The translations under genes were made by a program, and so were the position numbers. 50,168 nt of DNA, taken from Verrucomicrobiota bacterium (GTDB lineage: Bacteria > Verrucomicrobiota > Verrucomicrobiia > Opitutales > UBA953). Numbering within the stretch: position 1 is the first letter of the stretch; every line of letters begins with the position of its first letter. The notes beneath the pieces were generated by a model. It was not told where the DNA came from. It searched no databases and saw nothing but the letters and a program-made list of their open reading frames with translations. The DNA is taken from positions 1 to 50,168 of the forward strand of contig JBAXMD010000001.1 in NCBI GenBank assembly GCA_037134475.1, given 5' to 3'. Shown here in pieces: positions 9,236 through 17,947 of this stretch.

Positions 9236-10237
9236 ATGGCTTCCAAGTCCCCCATTCGCGTCGCGGTCACCGGCGCCGCCGGCAACATCGGTTACGCCGC
9301 CATCTTCCGCCTGGCCTCCGGCGCCGTCTTCGGTGCGGACCAGCCGGTCGCCCTGAATCTGATTGAAGTCGGGCCCGGCCTCAACGCCCTAGCCGGCGTC
9401 GTGATGGAACTTCAGGACTGCGCCTTCCCGCTGCTCACCGACGTCGTCGCCACGGGCGACCTCAACGAAGGCTTCAAGGATGCTGACTGGTGCCTGCTCA
9501 TCGGCGCCGTGCCTCGCAAGGACGGCATGGAGCGTAAGGACCTCCTCGGCATCAACGGCAAGATCTTCATCGGCCAGGGCGAAGCCATCGCGCGTAATGC
9601 CAAGAAGAGCGTCAAGGTCCTCGTCGTCGGCAATCCCTGCAACACCAACGCCCTCATCGCCCTGCGCTCCGCCGGCAACCTGCCCGTCGAAAACTTTTTC
9701 GCGATGACCCGCCTCGATGAGAACCGCGCCAAGTCGCAGCTCGCGGGCAAGGCCGGCGCCCACAACTCCGTCGTCAAGAACGTCGCTATCTGGGGTAACC
9801 ACTCTTCGACGCAGTATCCTGACTTCACCAACGCCACCATCGGCGGCCAGCCCGCCATGCAGGTCATCACCGACCACGCCTGGCTCAAGGAGACCTTCGT
9901 CTCCGACGTCCAGAAGCGCGGCGCCGCCGTCATCAAGGCCCGTGGCGCCTCTTCCGCCGCTTCCGCCGCCAACGCCGCGCTCGACACCCTGCGCAGCCTG
10001 CACGTCCCGACTCCAGCCGGCGAATGGCACTCCGTCGCTGTCCTGTCCAAGGGCGACTACGGTATCACGCCCGGCATCATGTTCGGGTACCCTCTCCGCA
10101 CTAAGGCCGACGGTTCGTGGGAGATCGTCCAAGGTCTCCCGCTCGACGCCTTCTCCAAGGAGAAGATCGCGATCACCGAGAAGGAGCTGCTTGAAGAGCG
10201 CGCGACCGCCTCGGAAGCCCTCGGCCTGAAGCTCTGA
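9236..10237 (+). CDS. mdh: Malate dehydrogenase (NAD-dependent, cytoplasmic-type MDH family)
   Basis: N-terminal [15 protein letters not shown] Rossmann motif, [11 protein letters not shown] and GNHS..Q.PD motifs; about 330 aa. Confidence 0.9.
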   Translation: MASKSPIRVAVTGAAGNIGYAAIFRLASGAVFGADQPVALNLIEVGPGLNALAGVVMELQDCAFPLLTDVVATGDLNEGFKDADWCLLIGAVPRKDGMERKDLLGINGKIFIGQGEAIARNAKKSVKVLVVGNPCNTNALIALRSAGNLPVENFFAMTRLDENRAKSQLAGKAGAHNSVVKNVAIWGNHSSTQYPDFTNATIGGQPAMQVITDHAWLKETFVSDVQKRGAAVIKARGASSAASAANAALDTLRSLHVPTPAGEWHSVAVLSKGDYGITPGIMFGYPLRTKADGSWEIVQGLPLDAFSKEKIAITEKELLEERATASEALGLKL

Positions 10238-10258
10238 AGCAGACCCGATAAAAGAAAA

Positions 10259-10288
10259 GGCGGCCCGGGGATACCCGGCCGCCTTTTT
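10259..10288. terminator. Likely bidirectional intrinsic terminator between the convergent mdh and DUF362-like genes
   Basis: GGCGGCCCGGGG-ATA-CCCGGCCGCC hairpin flanked by AAAAGAAAA upstream and TTTTT downstream. Confidence 0.6.
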
Positions 10289-10301
10289 CATGCCTGTTTG
10301 C

Positions 10302-11300
10302 TCAGGGGGCTGGCAGGCGGACCAGCGTGATGTCGGCCGGGCGGCAGGTGCCGAGGCGAATCTCGCCGGCATTGGCGGCGTTGAAGATAGGGGGCTCGGG
10401 ATAGATGGCTTCGATGCCGCTGGCAGTCCGACCCGCGTTGATCTTCTGCAGGCCGATGAAGTCGATGATCACCGGGTTCGCGCTGCTCAGCAGCGTCTTC
10501 TCGGAACGGCTCCAGCTCGCGTCGAAGCTGGGTCCGCCGAGTACTTGGTAGCGTTCCAGCGAGAGGATCGTGAGTACGTTGCGCTTCGATAGTTTCGGGA
10601 TGGCGCAGACTTCGACCGCCGCCTTGGAGGCGTTGAAAGGGTTATCGAGGAATCGCTCGGAGTTGACCATATTGCCGATAGAGGCTGAGGCCATCGCGCC
10701 GTGCACACCGAGCGACTTGCTGTCGCTGAGCACCGGCAGGTTGATCCAGAAATCGACTTCATCGACCAGGGTCTTCGGGAGTACGCTCACACGCGCATCG
10801 CCCCACGGCACGTCCTGAGCTCCTGGTCGAGGGAGGACTTGGTTCTCGTAGCGTAGCTGGCTCTCCTTGGCCCAATCGGTCGCGAACATGTCCCAAGCGG
10901 TGACAGGGAATCCTTCGAAGGTCTGGCTCTGGGTGGTCAGGGCTGGGAGGAACCCGGCTTGGCGGAGGCTGTCGACCTTGGCGTCGCAGAGGGTGATCGT
11001 ATTCTGGGCGAACCCGCGACGCATGAGGGCGGCGGTGATCGCGCGGACGAGCGGCTTGGGCGTGGCCAGACCGGCACCGCTTTCGGACGAGAGCTTGAGC
11101 CCGCAACGACGCAGGTCGGCCGGATGAAGGCGGACTCCCGTGCGGGTCTCGAATTCGCCGAGGGTGCTCTCGATTGCCGCGGCATATTCCTTATCGCCGA
11201 AGCCGCCAAGCTTCTGCTCGATGACCAGCAGCTTCGGGTCGGTGGCCGCATGGGCGCCGGCGAGACCGAGCGAGAGGGCGATGGCGGCGAGAAAACGCAT
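10302..11300 (-). CDS. Secreted hypothetical protein, possibly DUF362-like
   Basis: Signal peptide MRFLAAIALSLGLAGAHA. The overall layout (early ...TPKPLVRAITAALMRRGF..ITLCDA, late ...LTILSLERYQVLGGPS...SSANPVIIDFIG) resembles DUF362 proteins from memory only. Confidence 0.55.
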   Translation of the reverse strand: MRFLAAIALSLGLAGAHAATDPKLLVIEQKLGGFGDKEYAAAIESTLGEFETRTGVRLHPADLRRCGLKLSSESGAGLATPKPLVRAITAALMRRGFAQNTITLCDAKVDSLRQAGFLPALTTQSQTFEGFPVTAWDMFATDWAKESQLRYENQVLPRPGAQDVPWGDARVSVLPKTLVDEVDFWINLPVLSDSKSLGVHGAMASASIGNMVNSERFLDNPFNASKAAVEVCAIPKLSKRNVLTILSLERYQVLGGPSFDASWSRSEKTLLSSANPVIIDFIGLQKINAGRTASGIEAIYPEPPIFNAANAGEIRLGTCRPADITLVRLPAP

Positions 11301-11383
11301 GGTCTTATATTCTCCCCGTGGGACCGGCTTCGCAAGCCGCTGTTTTGTTTGCGCAGGTCGATAAGGCCCCCATCGTGAGCCCC

Positions 11384-12742
11384 ATGTCCGCCCCAGTCGC
11401 CCCCGCCCAGCGTCGCACCCTTGGGCTCATCTTCCTGACGGTGTTCATGGATATCGTGGGCTTCAGTATCATCATCCCGCTGTTCCCCCATCTGCTGGAA
11501 TACTACATCAAGCAGGAAGGGGCGGTGGGTACTCTCGTCGGCTCGCTGAGCGCCGCCGCCGAATGGCTGGGTGGCGATACCGTCCTCGACAAGCATCTCC
11601 TTTTGCCGGTGCTCTTCGGCGGCATCCTGAGCAGCCTTTATTCTGGGCTGCAGTTCATATTCTCGCCCATCTGGGGCGCTTTGTCCGACCGGATCGGCCG
11701 CCGTCGCATCCTGACGATCACCCTCGCAGGTAACGTGCTATCCTATGTGCTCTGGATTTTCGCCGCCCAATTCTGGGTCGTGGTACTGACGCGTCTCGTC
11801 TCGGGCATGATGGCGGGCAACATCGCCGTCGCCAGCGCGGCCGCCGCGGATATCACCGACGAGAAGGAGCGTACGAAGGGGATGGCGGTCGTCGGCATCG
11901 CGATCGGCCTAGGCTTCGTCTTCGGTCCCGTCATCGGCGGCCTCGCCTCCTCCTTTCAATTCACTCATGGCCCAGTGCTCGGCTCCTTCGGGCTAAATCC
12001 GTTCTCCGTGCCGGCCGCCATCGCGGCGTCGCTCGCCCTCCTGAACTTCCTGTTGGTCATGAAGTTCTTCCCGGAGACCTTGGCCCCGGAGCGTCGTGCC
12101 AGCGCCGACGCCAAGCGTCCTTCGGTCTTCGACCTCGCCACGGTCCGCTCTTCCGCCGTCCGACGCACCTCCTTCGCCAATCTCGTGTACCAGGTCGCCT
12201 TCACGGGTATGGAGAACACGATCGTGTTCCTGACCTTCGCGCTGTTCGCTTACAGTCCGCGCGATAACGCTTGGCTCTTCCTGTTCAATGGCGCCTGCAT
12301 GATCTTCGCCCAAGGCCTCGCCCGCCAGCTCGTCAAGCGCATGGGCCAGCGCAAGGTCATCATGCTCGGTATGGCCATCGCCTCGGTGGCGTTCATCGTC
12401 GTGGCGCAGATTCCCCACATCCCTGTCGCCGAAGGCAACGGCTCCAAGACGGTGTTCTACCTCGGCCTCGGGATGATCTCCTTCGCGACGGGCCTGATTC
12501 TTCCCAGCGTATCCGCCTTAGTCTCCCTTTATTCAGACTCCTCGGAACAGGGTCGTAATCTCGGCATCTTGCGCTCGGCTGGTTCGCTGGCCCGTGTCAT
12601 CGGACCGATTACGGCGGCGTTGCTGTACTTCCGCTTCGGGTCCCATTTCTGGGTCTATGTCGGCAGCGCTTTGCTCATGCTCCCCGCCATCTGGGTCGTG
12701 CGCGGCTTGCCTGACCCGGAAGTCGAACGTCTGAAGGCTTAA
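11384..12742 (+). CDS. MFS transporter (12-TM class, drug:H+ antiporter-like)
   Basis: Repeated hydrophobic helices, the MFS signature-like GALSDRIGRRRIL between TM2 and TM3, and N-terminus LIFLTVFMDIVGFSIIIPLFP. The ATG at 11384 was preferred over 11318. Confidence 0.8.
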   Translation: MSAPVAPAQRRTLGLIFLTVFMDIVGFSIIIPLFPHLLEYYIKQEGAVGTLVGSLSAAAEWLGGDTVLDKHLLLPVLFGGILSSLYSGLQFIFSPIWGALSDRIGRRRILTITLAGNVLSYVLWIFAAQFWVVVLTRLVSGMMAGNIAVASAAAADITDEKERTKGMAVVGIAIGLGFVFGPVIGGLASSFQFTHGPVLGSFGLNPFSVPAAIAASLALLNFLLVMKFFPETLAPERRASADAKRPSVFDLATVRSSAVRRTSFANLVYQVAFTGMENTIVFLTFALFAYSPRDNAWLFLFNGACMIFAQGLARQLVKRMGQRKVIMLGMAIASVAFIVVAQIPHIPVAEGNGSKTVFYLGLGMISFATGLILPSVSALVSLYSDSSEQGRNLGILRSAGSLARVIGPITAALLYFRFGSHFWVYVGSALLMLPAIWVVRGLPDPEVERLKA

Positions 12743-14082
12743 CCTTTAGCCAAAGAGCGACCGAGGGCGTCACCGGTGCGGATGACGTGCATCAGCGCGA
12801 TGCCGTCGCGGAATGCCCCATGGAAATGGAGTCCGGGGTGGGCGGCTTCGGCTTGGCCGAGAGCTTCTTCCCGGCGACGCTGGCCCTCGTCATATTGCGG
12901 AATCGCACGTTCCCATCGCTGAATCCATTCCTTGCGTGGCGCGGCCTTGATGCCGAGCGTCGTGGCGAGTTCGTCGTCCACGATCCTGCTCAGGGCTTCG
13001 TCGGTCAGGCCAGCTAGGTCGGGTCGGCGCGCACCACCGATGAAGCAGCAGAGCAAAGCGTGACCTTCGGGCGACCGAGCCGGCAGGACCGACGTCGGGA
13101 AGAGGCAGCCGAGGACGTCGCGTTTCTCGGCGCCTGGCGTCAGGTAGCCGAAGCCGTCGAGCGGGTGAGGTACATCAGCGACGGCGTAGCCACGAGCGAC
13201 GACAGTCACGGCTGGCACGGATGCGTTCTCCCAGTCGCGCAACATGCGGGTAACGGTTTCGTCGAAGGGCAGGGAGGCCCAATGCCAATGGGGCGCGGTC
13301 ACGATCAGGTGCTTCGCGCACGCCCCCTCCTCCGTGCCGTCGGCGTCACGCCAGGCGACGTTCCAGCCTTTGGCGTCGAGGCGGATCTGCGTGGCGACGC
13401 TGCGGAGGCGCAGGTTCTCGGCGCTGATCGGAGCGGCCATCGCATCGGCTAGTTGCTGCATGCCGCGAGGGAAGCCGACGACCTTACGCGTCACCTTGGG
13501 TGCGCGGCGAAGGCCATTGAGTACGGAGCCGTATTCCTGTTCGAACGCATGGATACGGGGAAAACAGTCGGCCATCACCAGCTTGGATGGGTCGCCCGCA
13601 TGGACGCCGGAGACGACCGGATCCATGAGCATTGCGGCGGCCTCGGGGCCGAAGCGGCGCGAAGAGAACTGCTCGACCGTCTCACCGATATAGCCGCCTT
13701 TGCTGTGGAAGGGTTCGGAGAGCAGGCGGAGTTTGCCCGACCAGCTCAGGAGGGCGGACGTCAGGATTGCGAGTGGATTGCCGCCTAGGCCGTGCAACTT
13801 ACCGTGGGCGTAGATATAGCGCTTCGCCGCCCGCATGTCGGCCGATTGGGTGACTTCAGCCAGGCCATACGCCGCGAGCAGGGCTTCGTCGCCTTCGCCT
13901 TCGAGCTGGAGGGTATTGGGACCGGTCTCGACCAACCAACCGTCTTCACGGACTGTCCGGATGGAGCCGCCGACTCGGGAAGAGGGTTCGATGACCTTCA
14001 CCTTCGCGCCGGCGCGGACCATGGCGTTGGCGACGGCCAATCCGGCCGGTCCGGCTCCCAGTATGACCGCGTCGAGCACCAT
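12739..14082 (-). CDS. hemY: FAD-dependent protoporphyrinogen/coproporphyrinogen oxidase (HemY/PPOX family)
   Basis: N-terminal dinucleotide-binding VILGAGPAGLAVA...E...RVGGSI.T....G..VETGPNTL, and C-terminal ...HFHGAFRDGIALMHVIRTG. The ATG at 14082 was chosen; an upstream TTG at 14118 is possible. Confidence 0.65.
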   Translation of the reverse strand: MVLDAVILGAGPAGLAVANAMVRAGAKVKVIEPSSRVGGSIRTVREDGWLVETGPNTLQLEGEGDEALLAAYGLAEVTQSADMRAAKRYIYAHGKLHGLGGNPLAILTSALLSWSGKLRLLSEPFHSKGGYIGETVEQFSSRRFGPEAAAMLMDPVVSGVHAGDPSKLVMADCFPRIHAFEQEYGSVLNGLRRAPKVTRKVVGFPRGMQQLADAMAAPISAENLRLRSVATQIRLDAKGWNVAWRDADGTEEGACAKHLIVTAPHWHWASLPFDETVTRMLRDWENASVPAVTVVARGYAVADVPHPLDGFGYLTPGAEKRDVLGCLFPTSVLPARSPEGHALLCCFIGGARRPDLAGLTDEALSRIVDDELATTLGIKAAPRKEWIQRWERAIPQYDEGQRRREEALGQAEAAHPGLHFHGAFRDGIALMHVIRTGDALGRSLAKG

Positions 14083-14148
14083 GGCCGCATTATCGACCGT
14101 GAACGATAGGGTTGGCAACCCTGCGTCGTTGCGACTGTCTACTCACCC

Positions 14149-15159
14149 ATGAGGGCCTTGCTGCTTTTATTTGTCACCGCCTCTTGCTTGGCGGACACCG
14201 TCACAATGAAGGACGGCACTTTCCTGAAAGGCCATATCGAGCGTATCGCTTCGGGCGTTCTTGAGATGCGTGTACCGGCGCTTGGCGACGCCAACGTGCA
14301 GCACCTGCAGCTGGCACAGGTCGAATCGTTCGTCACCGATGATGCCGTGCTGGTGAGTTCGGGGGGAGTGGTCTCACGCGGCCCTGCGAACGCCGCCGCC
14401 GGACGTGTCGCCTCGCAGGGTGGGGCGGAGACCAGTCCTCTGGATGAGGCCTTGGAGCTTTGGCGCGATCCGTCGCTGCGACCCGCGCAGACCGCCGGAA
14501 AACGCCAATGGACCACGCAGGCCGACGTCGATATCTCCGGCCGTAACGGCGTCGTGATGGGATCTGGCTTCAGCTCCGGTTTCTCGGCCAAGGGCGTGAC
14601 CAAGGCCGATACCGTGATCGCCGGGGTTCGGCTGGTGCGGGCGGATACCGGCAACCTCACCTCAGCCGACGACTTGCATGTCACGGCTTCCTATGAGACC
14701 AATCCAACGGATGTCGTGTTCTGGTATGTGCGTAGCGATACTGGATATGACAATGCCCGCTTGATTGATTTCTTCTCCGTGAACGCAGCCGGCTGGGGCT
14801 TCCGCTTGCACTCCGACGCCAAGGGTAAGCTGGACGCGCGACTCGGCCTGGCACATCGCTTTGAGCGATACGCTTCGCCGAGCCAACCTGGCCTCGCCGC
14901 GCCTTCGGCGGATATAGGCCTGATTTTCTCAAGGGAGCTCGGCTGGGCGGCCTGGGATACCTCGCTCAATTTTGTGCCCTCCTTCCTGAGGTCCGGCGAC
15001 TTTTACGTCCGTCATGAGACGAGCCTGAATGTCCTGCGTAACACGGGTCCACTTTCCTTGAGGGTAGGGGTATCCAATGATTTCAGGTCCAAACCTCTGC
15101 CGACCCAGGTTAAGACGGATACGTCCTATTTCCTCAGAACGACCTATGTATGGAAGTAA
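14149..15159 (+). CDS. Outer-membrane beta-barrel protein, DUF481/YdiY-like
   Basis: Signal peptide MRALLLLFVTASCLA, N-terminal DTVTMKDGTFLKGHIERI module, alternating beta-strand pattern, and a C-terminal ...YFLRTTYVWK aromatic terminus. Confidence 0.55.
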   Translation: MRALLLLFVTASCLADTVTMKDGTFLKGHIERIASGVLEMRVPALGDANVQHLQLAQVESFVTDDAVLVSSGGVVSRGPANAAAGRVASQGGAETSPLDEALELWRDPSLRPAQTAGKRQWTTQADVDISGRNGVVMGSGFSSGFSAKGVTKADTVIAGVRLVRADTGNLTSADDLHVTASYETNPTDVVFWYVRSDTGYDNARLIDFFSVNAAGWGFRLHSDAKGKLDARLGLAHRFERYASPSQPGLAAPSADIGLIFSRELGWAAWDTSLNFVPSFLRSGDFYVRHETSLNVLRNTGPLSLRVGVSNDFRSKPLPTQVKTDTSYFLRTTYVWK

Positions 15160-15180
15160 GCGGGTTGATTTGCTTAAAAA

Positions 15181-15196
15181 TAGGCACATTTGCCTA
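15181..15196 (+). promoter_or_regulatory. 16-bp palindrome TAGGCA-CATT-TGCCTA, a candidate regulator site upstream of glnN
   Basis: Perfect 6-bp inverted arms embedded in two direct ATTTGCYTAAAAA repeats (15168-15180 and 15188-15200, 20 bp apart), about 45 nt upstream of the -24 element. Confidence 0.3.
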
Positions 15197-15238
15197 AAAA
15201 GGTACAAAACCCCCTGTGAATGGTTACCTATTGAACCG

Positions 15239-15254
15239 TGGCACAGTGGGTGCT
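15239..15254 (+). promoter_or_regulatory. Sigma54 (-24/-12) type promoter for glnN
   Basis: TGGCAC-AGTGGG-TGCT has the exact GG-N10-GC spacing of the TGGCAC-N5-TTGCW consensus. It lies 44 nt upstream of the glnN ATG in an AT-rich intergenic region. Confidence 0.55.
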
Positions 15255-15297
15255 TTGAAATTGTTCGTAATTAAACACCTTTCCAATCCCCCAATCA

Positions 15298-17454
15298 ATG
15301 AGCACCAACCCAGCCCGCCGCAACGCCATCGAGGCGATTGCTTCTCAGCCTCGCCTTCAGGGCAGCTTCGACTTCCGCAATGAGAAGATCGATCTGATCT
15401 ACGGACAGAATGTTTTCTCCCTCGATAAGATGGAGAAGCGCCTCCCGAAGGAAGTATTCAAGTCCCTCAAGGCCAGCATCGAAGCTGGCATCAAACTCGA
15501 TGCCGCCGCTGCCGACGTCGTCGCCGCCGCCATCAAGGATTGGGCTCTCGAGTGCGGTGCGACGCACTACGCGCACGTCTTCTATCCGCTCACCGGCTTC
15601 ACGGCCGAGAAGCACGACACCTTCTTCGAGCCTAACGGCAATGGCACCCTCGCCCAGTTCTCCGGCAAGGCGCTGATTCAGGCCGAACCCGACGCCTCCT
15701 CCTTCCCGAACGGCGGCCTGCGCTCCACGTTCGAAGCCCGCGGTTACACCGCCTGGGACGTCACCTCCCCGGCCTACATCTTCGACACCGAAAACGGTTC
15801 GACGCTCTGCATCCCGACCGCCTTCGTCTCGTGGAAGGGTGAAGCCCTCGACAAGAAGACCCCGCTCCTCCGCTCGATGGCTGCCGTCAACAAGTCTGCC
15901 ACCCGCGTCCTCGCGCTCTTCGGCAAGAAGCACGGCTACATCTCCGCTTCGTGCGGCCCGGAGCAGGAGTACTTCCTGATCGACTCTCGCCTCTTCCATC
16001 TCCGTCCCGACCTCTACACCTGCGGTCGTTCCCTCTTCGGCGCCAAGCCGGCCAAGGGTCAGGAGTTCGAAGACCAGTACTTCGGCACCATCCCTGATCG
16101 CGTGCTCGCCTGCATGATGGAAACCGAGCGCGAGTGCTTCAAACTCGGTATCCCGATCAAGACCCGCCACAACGAAGTCGCTCCGGCCCAGTACGAAGTG
16201 GCTCCGATCTACGAATCCGCCAACGTCGCGCACGACCACCAGATGCTCACGATGACGCTGCTCCGCCGCGTCGCCACCAAGCATGGTTTCGTCTGTCTCC
16301 TCGCCGAAAAGCCTTTCGCGGGCGTCAACGGCTCCGGCAAGCACGTCAACTGGTCCATCGGTGGTGCTGGCGTCGGCAACCTCCTCGAGCCCGGCCACAA
16401 CCCGCACGAGAACGCCCAGTTCCTCACCTTCTGCGCCGCAGTGGTCCGCGCCGTCGACCTCCACCAGGGTCTGCTTCGCGCTTCCGTCGCTTCGGCCGGT
16501 AACGACCATCGCCTCGGCGCCAACGAGGCTCCTCCCGCCATCATCTCGATCTACCTGGGCGATATGCTCAACGAAGTCATCGAGCAGGTGAAGAAGAGCG
16601 GCTCCGCTTCGTCCTCCCGCAAGGGTGGTCACATGACCCTCGGAGTCGACACGCTGCCCGTCCTTCCGAAGGACGCTGGTGACCGTAATCGCACGAGCCC
16701 GTTCGCCTTCACCGGCAATAAGTTCGAGTTCCGCGCCGTGGGCTCCGCCTTCTCGGTCGCCGGCCCCCTGACCGTGCTCAACACGATCATGGCTGACTCG
16801 CTCGACAAGCTCGCCGACGAACTCGCCACTGCCCTCAAGAAGAACTCCGACTTCAACTCCGCCCTCCAGAGCGTGCTGAAGGACATCCTCACCAAGCACG
16901 GTCGCGTGATCTTCAATGGTAACGGCTACTCCGAAGAGTGGCACAAGGAAGCCGCCAAGCGCGGTCTCAAGAACCTCCGCACGACCCCCGATGCTCTCCC
17001 TGAGATCATCTCCAAGTCGTCCGTCGAAGTCTTCGAGCGCCAGGGCGTCCTTTCCAAGGCCGAACTCGAGTCTCGCGAAGAGATCTACACGCACTCCTAC
17101 GTGCTGACGATCAACACCGAGTCGAAGCTCGTCTCCGAGATCGCCAAGACCCTGCTCCTCCCGGCCGCCCTTAAGTTCGCCGCTGACCTGACCCCGGTCG
17201 AGAAGACCAAGTCCGGTGGCAAGCTCCGCAAGGCAGTCATCGGCCTCGCCGACGAACTCGCCGCCGCCATCGACGCCCTCGACGCCGCCCGCGAAGTCAC
17301 CAAGTCCGACACGCACGCCCAGGCTAAGCACTCCTGCGACAAGGTCCTCCCGGCCATGCTCAAGGTCCGTGCCGCCGCCGACTCTCTCGAAGAGATTGTC
17401 GCCGACGAATACTGGCCGCTGCCGTCCTACCAGGAGCTGCTGTTCCTACGCTAA
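15298..17454 (+). CDS. glnN: Glutamine synthetase type III
   Basis: 718 aa. The N-terminus ...[23 protein letters not shown]... and the central NEVAPAQYE / NGSGKH.NWS catalytic motifs are typical of GSIII. Confidence 0.9.
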   Translation: MSTNPARRNAIEAIASQPRLQGSFDFRNEKIDLIYGQNVFSLDKMEKRLPKEVFKSLKASIEAGIKLDAAAADVVAAAIKDWALECGATHYAHVFYPLTGFTAEKHDTFFEPNGNGTLAQFSGKALIQAEPDASSFPNGGLRSTFEARGYTAWDVTSPAYIFDTENGSTLCIPTAFVSWKGEALDKKTPLLRSMAAVNKSATRVLALFGKKHGYISASCGPEQEYFLIDSRLFHLRPDLYTCGRSLFGAKPAKGQEFEDQYFGTIPDRVLACMMETERECFKLGIPIKTRHNEVAPAQYEVAPIYESANVAHDHQMLTMTLLRRVATKHGFVCLLAEKPFAGVNGSGKHVNWSIGGAGVGNLLEPGHNPHENAQFLTFCAAVVRAVDLHQGLLRASVASAGNDHRLGANEAPPAIISIYLGDMLNEVIEQVKKSGSASSSRKGGHMTLGVDTLPVLPKDAGDRNRTSPFAFTGNKFEFRAVGSAFSVAGPLTVLNTIMADSLDKLADELATALKKNSDFNSALQSVLKDILTKHGRVIFNGNGYSEEWHKEAAKRGLKNLRTTPDALPEIISKSSVEVFERQGVLSKAELESREEIYTHSYVLTINTESKLVSEIAKTLLLPAALKFAADLTPVEKTKSGGKLRKAVIGLADELAAAIDALDAAREVTKSDTHAQAKHSCDKVLPAMLKVRAAADSLEEIVADEYWPLPSYQELLFLR

Positions 17455-17479
17455 GCCTTACCGGCTTTGCCTAGACCAA

Positions 17480-17508
17480 GGGCCGAACCTCCGGGTTCGG
17501 CCCTTTTT
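17480..17508 (+). terminator. Rho-independent terminator after glnN
   Basis: Perfect 10-bp stem GGGCCGAACC / GGTTCGGCCC with a 4-nt loop, followed by TTTTT. Confidence 0.75.
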
Positions 17509-17542
17509 GCGGCCCAGACGGGTCGGGGACCCCGCCAAAGCA

Positions 17543-17569
17543 GAAGGCCCGTCGCGATGACGGGCCTTC
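17543..17569 (-). terminator. Hairpin downstream of rpsU, a possible terminator
   Basis: GAAGGCCCGTC / GACGGGCCTTC is an 11-bp stem. On the minus strand it is followed only by a weak U tract (TGCTTTGG). Confidence 0.4.
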
Positions 17570-17593
17570 GGATGCTTGGGTCAGGATGGACGC

Positions 17594-17794
17594 TTAGGCG
17601 TTGTCCCACTTCTTGCGCAGGTAGGCGCCGAAGTTCTTGACCTTTTTCTTGCGACGACGGCGTTCGGCCGGCTTCTCGAAGCCTCGCTTGGCGCGGGCGT
17701 CCTTGATGATGCCTTCGCGGTCGATCTTCTTCTTGAGGCGGCGGAGAGCCTTGTCGACGGTCTCGCCTTTGCGGATCTTGATTTCTACGGACAT
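17594..17794 (-). CDS. rpsU: 30S ribosomal protein S21
   Basis: MSVEIKIRKGETVDKALRRLKKKIDREGI... is the canonical S21 sequence. The ATG at 17794 was chosen (66 aa) rather than the extended 17842. Confidence 0.9.
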   Translation of the reverse strand: MSVEIKIRKGETVDKALRRLKKKIDREGIIKDARAKRGFEKPAERRRRKKKVKNFGAYLRKKWDNA

Positions 17795-17947
17795 GTGAGC
17801 GTTTGGAGGGTCGAAAGAACAAGGGGGGAGGCCTTTCGTCAACCCCGAATCGAAGGGTATTTAAAGCCGTGAATAAGTGGGCCTTCCGGAGGGCACTAGA
17901 CGCTTGCGGCGGGGGTAGGGCAGGGCAATCGTGCGGTTCACCCCTCG

